Part shown: positions 15,351 to 26,985 of the stretch, one piece after another
How positions within the stretch are numbered: the stretch's first letter is position 1
How the letters are laid out: every line of letters starts with the position of its first letter
NCBI RefSeq assembly: GCF_009914755.1
Contig: NC_060935.1
Length of the DNA stretch: 64,000 nt
Origin: the human T2T-CHM13v2.0 reference genome, Homo sapiens
Reading direction: 5' to 3' (one strand)
Made by a program: the position numbers and the translations under genes
Notes under the pieces: generated by a model
Seen by the model: the letters and a program-made list of their open reading frames with translations, nothing else
Told to the model about the DNA's origin: nothing
The model's database searches: none

Positions 15351-15399
15351 TACTGAGATTCACAACTCGCTAGTCACAGACTTGGTTCTCTCATCATTT

Positions 15400-15825
15400 C
15401 TTATCTAGTGGTCACAATCTTAACTGAGCAGCCTCCAGCCAGAGTGATCTTTCTAAAATGCAAAGTTGATTGTGAATTTTCCCACTCTAAGCCTTTGTAG
15501 GTGCTTCATCACCCATGAACTAATGCCCAAGCTCTTTGCTTGTATACAAGCATCTTTGAGATCTGCCTCAACCTTATTCTAGTTTTGCTTCCTGTGGATC
15601 TCCCCATCCCATACAGCCTCTGGTCCAGCTACACCCACCTCCCACCACCTCAGGAGCAAGCCTTATTCTCTCTAGCCCTTTACCTCTTCCTCTGCCAGGA
15701 AAGCCTTTTCTCTCTCCTCTCTTGGCAAGCACTCCCTTAACCTTCAACATGCAACCCAGAGGTCACCTTCTCCACAGTGACCTCTCTGACTCTTCCAGCA
15801 GTTTTCTATTCCATGCTCACCTAAC
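15400..15825 (+). mobile_element. L2 remnant
   Basis: cagccagagtgatctttctaaaatgcaaagttgat and downstream L2-like pyrimidine-rich sequence. Confidence 0.6.
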
Positions 15826-15827
15826 AG

Positions 15828-18800
15828 TTCTCAATATAAGCTCCACCAAGTTCAAGACACTTTTGTAAGCAATGATAACCCTTTAGTCCATCCCTAAAGA
15901 ACTGAGGGTCCTGCAAATTTAGCCATGTCAGTGCAGCCTTTTTGACAGTATTAACTGAGGAAAAATGGGCGCCCTTTAAAGATTTTTTTAAGATTAGGAA
16001 ACAAAAAGAAACCAGAAAAACCCAAATCAGAACTGTAAGGTGGATGCCTAATGATTGCCTGTTAAGACTCTTATAAAATTCCCCTTGTTTGATGAGAGAA
16101 ATGAGCAAGAGCATTGTGATGGTGGTGAAGGACTCTCTGGTGAGGCTTTCCCAGGCACTTCTCTGCTGAACATCAATGCGAAAATCCTCAATAAAATACT
16201 GGCTAACCAAATCCAGCAGCACATCAAAAAGCTTATCCACCACAATCAAGTCGGCTTCATCCCTGAGATGCAAGGCTCGTTCAACATACACAAATCAATA
16301 AACGTAATTCATCACATAAACAGAACCAATGACAAAAACCACATGATTATCTCAATAGATCCAGAAAAAGCCTTTGATAAAATTCAACACCCCTTTATGC
16401 TAAAAACTCTCAATAAACTAGGTATTGATGGAACATATCTCAAAATAATAAGAGCTATTTATGACAAACCCATGGTCAATATCATACTGAATGGGCAAAA
16501 ACTGGAAGCATTCCCTTTGAAAACCAGCACGAGACAAGGATGCCCTCTCTCACCACTCCTATTCAACATAGTATTGGAAGTTCTGGTCAAGGCAATCAGG
16601 CAAGAGAAAGAAATAAATGGTATTCAAAAAGGAAGAGAGGAAGTCAAATTGTCTCTGTTTGCAGATGACATGATTGTATATTTAGAAAACCCCATCGTTC
16701 CAGTCCAAAATCTCCTTAAGCAGATAAGCAACTTCAGCAAAGTCTCAGGATACAAAATCAATGTGCAAAAATCACAAGCATTCCTATACACCAATAACAG
16801 ACAGAGAGCCAAATGGAGGGAACTCCCATTCATAATTGCTACGAAGAGAATAAAATACCTAGGAATCCAACTTACAAGGGATGTGAAGGACCTCTTCAAG
16901 AACAACTACAAACTACTGCTCAAGGAAATAAGGGAGGACACAAACAAATGGAAAAACATCTTATGCTCATGGATAGGAAGAATCAATATTGTGAAAATGG
17001 CCATACTGCCCAAAGTAATGTATAGATTCAATGCTATCCCCATCAAACTACCATTTGACTTTCTTCATAGAATTTAGAAAAAAACTACTTTAAATTTCAT
17101 ATGGAACCAAAAAAGAGCCTGTATAGCCAAGACAATCCTAAGCAAAAAGAACAAAGCCAGAGGCATCATGCTACCTGACTTAAACTATACTACAAGTTTA
17201 CAGTAACCAAAACAGCATGGTGCTGGTACCAAAACAGATATATAGATCAATGGAATGGAACAGAGGCCTCAGAAAAAGTGCCACACATCTACAACCATCT
17301 GATCTTTGACAACCCTGATGAAAACAAACAATGGGGAAATGATTCCCTATTTAATAAATGGTGTTGGGAAAACTGGCTAGCCATATGCAGAAAACTGAAA
17401 CTGGACCTCTTCCTTACACCTTATACAAAAATTAACTCAAGATGGATTAAAGACTTAAACGTAAGACCTAAAACCATAAAACCCTAGAAGAAAACCTAGG
17501 CAATATCATTGAGGACATAGGCGTGGGCAAAGACTTCATGACTAAAACATCAAAAGCAATGGCAATAGAAGCCAAAATTGACAAATGGGATCTAATTAAA
17601 CTAAAGAGCTTCTACACAGCAAAAGAAACTAGCATCAGAGTGAACAGGCAACCTACAGAATGGGAGAAAATTTTTGCAATCTATCCATCTGACAAAGGGC
17701 TAATATCCAGAATCTACAAAGAACCTAAACAAATTTACAAGAAAAAAACAAGCAACCCCATCAAAAAGTAGGAGAAGGATATGAACAGGCACTTCTCAAA
17801 AGAAGACATTTGTGCAGCCAACAAACATATGAAAAAAAGCTCATCATCACTGGTCATTAGAGAAATGCAAATCAAAACTACAGTGAGGTACCATCTTATG
17901 TCAGTTAGAATGGTGATCACTAAAAAGTCAGGAAACAAAAGATGCTGGAGAGGATGTGGAGAATTAGGTACTCTTTTACACTATTGGTGGGAGTGTAAAT
18001 TAGTTCAACCATTGTGGAAGACAGTGTGGTGATTCCTCAAGGATCTAGAACCAGAAATACCATTTGACCCAGCATTCCCATTACTGGGTATATACCCAGA
18101 GGATTATAAATCATCCTACTCTAAAGACACACGCACATGTATGTTTATTGCAGCACTGTTCACAATAGTAAAGACTTGGAAGCAACCCAAATGCCCATCA
18201 ATGATAGACTGGATAAAGAAAATGTGGCACATATACACCATGGAATTCTATGCAACCATAAAAAAGGATGAGTTCATGTCCTTTGCAGGGACATAGATGA
18301 AACAGGAAACCATCATTCTCAGCAAACTAACACAGGAAAAGAAAATCAAACACCACATGTTCTCACTCATAAGTAGGTGTTGAACAATGAGAACACATGG
18401 ACACAGGGAGGGAAACATCACACACTAGGGCCTGTAGGTGGTTGGGAGTCTAGGGGAGGGATAGCATTAGGAGAAATACCTAATGTAGATGACGGGTTGA
18501 TGGGTGCAGCAAACCACCATGGCACATGTATACCTATGTAACAAACCTGCATGTTCTACACATGTATCCCATAACTTAAAGTATAATAAAAAAATTTTTT
18601 TTTTAAAAAGCTTTGGCTTTCTCAAAACACTCTCATAATAAGCAGCTGCTATCATTCTTTGGCCCCCCGGAAAGTCAACAAGCAATATACCTTGATCATC
18701 CCCAGAAACTATTGCTGTGACTCTTACTCTTGACTGTTCTGCTTTGACTTTGGCTGGACCGCTTCCACCTCTTGGTAGCCATTGTTTTGACTGTGCTTTG

Positions 18801-19496
18801 TTTTCAGGATTGTACTTATGAGTACAAAAGCCACATTTTATCTCCTGTTACAGTTCTTTGAAGAAATTCTTCAGAATCTTGACCTTGCTTATTTAAAATT
18901 TCCATTGATAACTCTGCTGTTACATGTAGCTAATCTGGGTGCAATGGTTTTGGCACCCACCAAGTAGAAAGCTTTACTCAACTTTAATTTTTCAGTCAGA
19001 ATTGTGTAAGCCGAACCAAGTGAGATGTCTGTAATGTTGGCTATTGTTTCTGATGTCAATTGTTTGTCCTCTTCAATTATAGCCCAAACAAGATGAATTT
19101 TTTTCCTTACAAATTTATGTGGATGGTCTGCTACTGCAGACTTTAACTTTATCATTGTTTCATCCTCTCTTAAAATAAGTTATTCATTTGTAAACTGCTG
19201 ATTTTTCTGGCATCATCCCCATAAACTTTTCACTAAGCATCAGTGATTTCACCATTCTTCCACCCAAACTTCACTATAAATGTGATGTTCGTTCTTGCTT
19301 CAATTTTAGCAAAATTATTGTTGCTCTGAAAGAGGCTCTTTTCAAATGATGTCGTAGCTTTCTTAGTGTTTCATGCTAGATCCTATTCAGAAATGTTACA
19401 AGAAGTTAGTAAGAGTTTATTTTGGTGGGAAAAAAAGAACTCTATGCATAGTTTTTTCATAATATGTATTTTCCATGAACTTTTGGAAGATCCCTG
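15828..19496 (-). mobile_element. HSMAR2 mariner copy 2; lacks right TIR; split by L1 (pieces 15828-16167 and 18607-19496)
   Basis: Left TIR cagggatcttccaaaagttcatggaaaat on minus strand; ORFs 18889-19155, 18467-18685 and 15821-16291 carry transposase fragments; ends abruptly at ...gcttatattgagaa. Confidence 0.92.
16168..18606 (+). mobile_element. L1PA7-like, 5'-truncated (ORF2 RT domain to poly-A)
   Basis: [10 protein letters not shown] and FADD RT motifs; 3'UTR gtagatgacgggttgatgggtgcagcaaaccaccatggcac; ttaaagtataataaaaaaa. Confidence 0.93.
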
Positions 19497-21064
19497 TGTT
19501 TGTGTGTGCGTGTTTGTGTGTATTGCTATTTATAGTAACTGATTTTAAAAGTGCAAATAGAACATAAGGGTACAAAATAAAGTACCCTTTTCCTTTACAC
19601 CCAGTGCTGCTCCCTAGAAATGACTGCTTTGAATGGTTTCTATTCTGAGTTCTTCCGGTGGTAACCATCATAACTTTTACTTCCTGCTTTATCCATCTTA
19701 GAGGATATCTATTGACTCCTTAATATGAAATATGGTGAAATTAGCATACTTGCTTCATTTTCCACTTCTTTTTTCTATTCCCTCTCCTCTTTCTGGATCT
19801 TTGTAAATGACAGTCTTAATTTGAGTTCTGATGGTTATCATTAAATAATGTACTTAAACCTGTTTATCTTGCTCCATTAAATGTATACAAATTTATATAT
19901 TCACTCTCTGTTAAATGTACCTCCACTGTCATCTACTTCTCTTCTTACATCCTCCTTATTTTAGTTAGCTAACCATATGCTAACATGTCAAGAAATTCAT
20001 AACATTTGTTTAGAGTAAGTACAGTTAAATTTGCTTGGCTTATGCATTGATTTTTAAAATAGAAAGCCAATAAATAGAATACAGATATTATACCTAGGTA
20101 ACTCTTTGCTGTAGGAGCAAACGGTATGATCAGGTTATGAGAGAGGGAAATGGAAACCTCTGTTACTAACCTGTGAACCTGTCTGATCCTAGGAACTTTT
20201 TCAATTGTACATCTTCAATTGCCTTCCAAATCATGCTAATTGGCCGATTCAAGTTTTCCTATTCCTCTTGGGTCAGTAATTAATAATACATACTGTACCA
20301 AGCTGTCATCTTTTTCCTCTAAATTCTTGAATTTGTTGCCACAGGATTGGGTCTCCTTTTTTGTTTTCTCTCTTTCTTTAACATATTCAGATTTTTGAAG
20401 GAGTTAGCTATTTCAAGGAACCAGTTTTTAAATAAATGTTATATATATTTAATGCAATTTTAATAAATAAATACATTAAATTATAGTTAACTCATTTAAT
20501 TAATTCTAGCTTTTATTTTTAGATTTCCTTTTCCTAGCTTCACTTGGCTTATTTTATTGTTATTTCACTAATTCCTTAAGACAAGTACTTAGTTCTGTGA
20601 CTTTTAATTTTCTTCTCCTATAGCAAGGACATTATAGGTCATAAATTTTCCTTTGAGTCCAGCCATTGCTGGGTCATTAGTTTTCACTTTTATGTTTCTC
20701 CTTTTTATTGCCTGTTAACAAATAAACACCACCCTTTTGATTTCTTCCTTGAGCCAAAGATTATCTAGTGCATATTTCTGAAATAGTTTTCTCCTCACCT
20801 TTAAGTAATTTATTTTTAATGTTATTAGATTATAATAAAAAATGTTGGCTATAAAACTGCTACTTTAAAAAATCTTTCAAAGCTATCTTATTAACCTGAC
20901 AAGTGACTGTAATCTGTTTGCTATAAGCATGATCTTCAGTGAATCAGGTGGGAAAACAGCTTTCATTGTTCCCAGGATAGGGCTTCATCGCTAGCAAGTG
21001 ATAATTGTGGGGCTCAGGCTCAGTCAGGCAAACAAAATGGACAGAGCTAATTTGCTACTGAAGG

Positions 21065-21385
21065 AATGTGATGTCAGTTGATGGCGACTCCATCTATGTT
21101 AGTTCTCAGCCCGAGGACTTGGAGTCATCCTTGACTCCTCTTATTTTCTTACATTTCACTCAGGTAATCCCACTGGTTCTACAGAATCCAGAAATCTACC
21201 ACACGTCACCACCTCCACTGCCACTACCTAGGTGCAAACCCCCTTTTCTCTCACCTGCACATCAGTGGCTCTAATGGGTCTGTCTGCTGTCACACTCACC
21301 CCTGCAGTGTTTTCCACATAGCAACAATGTGACCCTGTTAAAAGGTGAGGCAGAGAGTGTTGCTTTTCTGCTAGGAACCCTCTAA
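21065..21385 (+). mobile_element. L2 remnant truncated at the Tigger3b end
   Basis: ggacttggagtcatccttgactcctctt ... tctaccacacgtcaccacctccactgccactacc. Confidence 0.75.
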
Positions 21386-21387
21386 TG

Positions 21388-21709
21388 TAGTCATACTTTG
21401 CTTAACAAGGATACGTTCTGAGAAATGCATCATTAAGCAATGTATACACATTTATCCAAACATAGAAAAGGTGCATTAAAGATACAGTATAAAAAGTTTA
21501 AAAATGGTACACCTGCATAGGGCACTTACTATGAATGCAGCTTGCAGGACTGGAAGTTGTTCTGGGTGAGTCGGTGAGTGAGTGGTGAGTGAATGTGAAG
21601 GCCTAGGACATTACTGTACACTACTGCAGACTTTATTAAACACTGTACACTTAGGCCACACAGATTTATAAACTTATTTTTCTTTCTGTAATAAAAAAGT
21701 AACCTTAGC
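21388..21709 (-). mobile_element. Tigger3b right-end fragment with internal deletion
   Basis: tagtcatactttgcttaacaaggatacgttctgagaaatgc (right TIR); body aligns to 14860-15130; region equivalent to ~15131-15294 missing. Confidence 0.88.
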
Positions 21710-22282
21710 CAACCAGAGGAGGAGGAGGAAGAGGGCTGTGCTGCCTGGTGTCCGCAGCTGAGAGACTGGATTGGGGTGCCCCTTTGGGAGCTCTCTGAAA
21801 TCCCCAAGGGACACTTTGAAGGGAGCTATTTATCCATAATCAAGGAGCTGTGGTTAATGCCATCCTTATTTGGGTACTGAAAGGAAGTGTGACCTTCTTT
21901 AGCGGTTATAGGCTTTTAGGGCAAGAATCATTTATGCTACAGTAAGTTTTGCAAAATGTTCTTGCCCAAATTCATCTTTAGGAATGAGTGGTTTGATTTT
22001 AGTGCATCAAGGTAAGCCCTTCTTTGTTTGAGAGGGAAAAATAACAAAATTACATTTTCCTCGTAGCCAGAAGCATTTCTGACTGTGCTTACAATAACAC
22101 CATCTGATGAATGCAAATGTGTGGGTCTGTCTTAGTTGTGCCCTTTGTAAACTAACCAATGGTGAAGGCTTTGTTCCAGCTGACCACATGAAATAGGAGG
22201 AGGCTTTCTCTCCCTCTCCACTGAGTTGGAGGGCAGCCACTCTCTATTTCCATTGGAAGAGCATGTCACCCGATATTGCACA
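21710..22282 (-). repeat. Duplicated host segment, copy 2 (probable native copy); candidate cis-regulatory element
   Basis: Reverse complement aligns to 13322-14038; continues into unique DNA beyond 22282; carries octamer, SOX-, FOX-, TEAD-like and CArG motifs. Confidence 0.9.
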
Positions 22283-22899
22283 GACTGGGATGAACACAAG
22301 AGGCCTTTATCTTGGTTACTGGATCACAGTCCTGTGCAATTTTCATTACCTGATTGGCTGCAAGAGAAGGGAAGAGTTTCCCAAGGAAGCCACAGATATG
22401 AGAGCACTCCCAGGAATTCAAAGACCTCTTAGTTAGGGGCACTGGCCGTCCCTATTGTGAGCAAAGACCAATGCCATTTTTTACCTAACAAAGCTCACAC
22501 TAGTGTATGGGTGCTGTGTGGGGAGTGGCATGTGTATGTGTATGTGATACTCCCAGGATCTATATAGTTTATCCTCTTTTTATACTTCAAAAATATTTTG
22601 GAAAGGAACTTCTCTACAATGTGCCTCGAGCTGCTTCCTGTTCCCATTTCCCTGCATAAACACAGGGTTGCTTCTGTGAATAAAACAAAAACCACCTCAG
22701 AAAGCAAAGTCTAACAGGCACAGGAACCTCAATCCGTGTGCCAGCTGCCTGCCTCCCATCAGGAGGGAAGGATATATACCCCATATATATTGAGCATTTA
22801 TGGTGAACCAGACACTTTGCATGTTACTTACCTTAAACTTTGAGTCTTATGATCTCTTCTATAGGGTGCACTTTTGAGATAGGTTATCTGAAACTGCAG

Positions 22900-23555
22900 A
22901 GCCCCTTCCTTAGCCCAAGCTTCCACCCACTTCTTGCCTGGATTTTTGCAATGGCTTTCCAGGTGATCTCCCCACTCCAAAATCTTTTCACAAGACAGCC
23001 AAGACGAAGTTTTCAAAGTACGTCTGGTCAGGTGACACATATATACTCTTCACCCCCACCCCCACTGCTAAAAAGCCTCTCATATTATCCAGTGCTTTTA
23101 GCACAAAGACCAGATCCCCTACAGTAGCCAGAGCAGCCCTGTGTGATTTGATCCCTTCTCTGTCTTCAGCTTCATGTGGTCCTGCTTTTTCTCAACTCGC
23201 TGAGCTCCAAACACACGTTGCTGTGCCATGCTCCTGTCTGGCACAAGACCTTCCCATGAACTATTACTTCTGCCTGGGGAACCACGCACAGGCCCACTTC
23301 TCTACCCCATCCCAGCCTTCCTCAACCCTGTGCATCCTTAAGCTCACAGTTGCCATGTCACTTCCTTGTCATGCCTTGGAGTCCTGGCTATGCTACCTTT
23401 GCAGCACTTTTCACAATTTTTAATGAACGTTTGATTATCTTCTGACTTTCCTAGTAGACTGGGCCTTTTGTCTTTCTCACCAATTGTATTTTGAGCATTT
23501 AGCACAGTGCCTTATGATTGCATATGAATTAATAAATGAATGCTTGAATGAATGA
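22900..23555 (+). mobile_element. L2 remnant with 3' end
   Basis: catttagcacagtgccttatg...aataaatgaatgcttgaatgaatga. Confidence 0.65.
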
Positions 23556-23605
23556 CAAGCTGGGATTTAAATATGGTCTGTGCTCATCTCATTGCCACAC
23601 ACTCA

Positions 23606-23994
<389 letters not shown>

Positions 23995-24509
23995 CTAATA
24001 AACACCTAGAGTCACTTTTATCTCTTTCAACTGCCTAAAAAAAGGTTGCTGATACCAAAACGTTTGCCTTGGATATTTCTCTTGTTAGGAACTTATGTCA
24101 ACTTTGAATAAAGAAATGCTTTTTCTTTCGCCCCTACTCTTACCCCACACCCCATTTTCCTTCTCTCCCAACCCTCATGGGCTGAGAATGTCCCTTCTTC
24201 TTCTGATCAGGAGTCACAGCTAAGGCACATGTCACAGCAGCTCTCTCCCAAGAGGCAGGGGAGCTGGAAGGGTAAGCCATTATGTACTACAGGTGAGTGG
24301 ACACCTGTGAGCTGGAAAATTAAGGTGCAGATCAGTAAGAGATCTGAGGTTGAAGCACCATCTTCATGCTATGTTTAGGATATTATGTGACAGATTGAAA
24401 AAACAAAAACAAAAAAACAAAGGTACAGTGGACCCAGTCTTCTAGTTCCACAGCAGTTTCCTTGAAAGCATTTAAGTCTTCAAGTCATTATATTTGTAGC
24501 TGGAGCACG

Positions 24510-25230
24510 ACTGCATTGAATTCAACCCAATCAATACTTACTCAATACTTCCTGTGATTCAGAGGCCCTGGGGACACAGGGTTAAACAGAATACAAGCTC
24601 TACCCTCAGTGCAGAGGTGGAGAGGACCCAAGACCAAGGTGTGTTGTACACTATGCTAGAGAAAGGGATGACTGCTATAGGAACATGGAGGAGGGAGAAG
24701 ATAATGAGATCTAGTAGAGAGTGAGGGTGAGGAGACAGCCCAGAGAATGAAGAGAAGGTAACATCTGAGTGGAGTTTAAGGAAAAGATAATTTCACCAGG
24801 TAAGTAAGGCAGGAGAGATTAACCCAGACTAAGGGACCAGCAAGAGCAAAGTGCAGAAGCTGGAAAGTAGAAAGCATTTTTGAACAATGAGTATTTTGCA
24901 TTGCTAAAGCATTAGGTGTATGTTAACAAATAGCATAACTGTATAATTTATTGTCCAAAGTGGATGATTTTGAGAGCGAAGTGGCATGCTATTAAAGAGG
25001 ACAGGCATGAACCAAAACTACCCCAGGCAAATTAGACTTTGGGGCTTCCTAGTTAGAGGGGAGGAAGTTCAAAGCTGGACATCAGACTGGAACACATGTG
25101 GAACGGGGGTTTGAAGGGCTTAAACATGCCAAGGAGTCAGAATAGGTTCCTCAAGGCATTGAAATATCATGGAGGGGTTTTAGCAGGGTAGTGACCTGAT
25201 TGCTCCTGTGTTGGAGAAGCATCGCCAGGA
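24510..25230 (-). mobile_element. L2 remnants
   Basis: Purine-rich L2 antisense motifs (atggaggggttttagcagggtagtgacctgat); boundaries approximate. Confidence 0.55.
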
Positions 25231-25260
25231 TAGCTGTATTAGTCCATTTTCACACTGCTA

Positions 25261-26236
<976 letters not shown>

Positions 26237-26769
26237 TGAGACTGGGTATACAAAGAAAAGAGGTTTAATTGACTCACAGTTCCACATGGCTGGGACGCCC
26301 CAGGAAACTTACAATCATAGCAGAAGGTGAAGGATAAGCAAGCACCTTCTTCACAAGGCATCAGGAGAGAGAGAGAGAGAGCGCAGGGGAAACTGCCACT
26401 TTTAAACCATTGGATCTCATGAGAACTCCCTCACTGTCAAGAGAACAGCATGGGGGAACACGCCCCCATGGTCCAATCACCTCAGACCAGGTCCCTCTCA
26501 TGACATGTGGGAATTACAATTCAACATGAGATTTGGGTGGGGACACAGAGCCAAACCGTATCAGTAGCCATGCTGAGGAAATTCAAGGTGTGCAGAAGGG
26601 AGCTAGCCCGTGAGCCTTGCAAGGGCAGGAATTGCATCCTGATATGTAATTTATATCCAGCGTATACCCAGTTGAGGGGAGCACATTGTCTGGAAGCCTT
26701 AAGAGAAGGAGCTTAATAAAAATTTCAAATGCAAGGGCTTTCCTAACCTTTGTCTTTAAAACTGCAGCT

Positions 26770-26985
26770 GCTTCTGCACCCATTATCACCAATATTCACC
26801 TTTTCCTTCTTGCTTAATTTGTCTCCATGAAGTTAACAACTCTCTGCATGCTATACAGTGTGTCTGTGTCCTCCCTCTAGAACATAAGCTCTGCGAGGGC
26901 AGAAACTTCTTATCTGTTTTACTCACTGCTGTTTCCCTAGTGCCTGGTGCAAGGAAGACACTAAATACATATGTGTTGAAGGAAA
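26770..26985 (+). mobile_element. L2 3' end
   Basis: ctagaacataagctctgcgagggcag...ccctagtgcctggtgc...tgttgaagg. Confidence 0.7.

Noticed and set aside
15758-15785. agaggtcac...gtgacctct inverted repeat as a nuclear-receptor element or hairpin RNA
   Set aside because: Spacing is not the 3-bp ERE spacing, the stem is only 9 bp, and it lies in an L2 remnant.
11478-22282. Single inverted segmental duplication explaining both repeat pairs
   Set aside because: The order is interleaved rather than nested, and homology stops at transposon ends with unrelated flanks.
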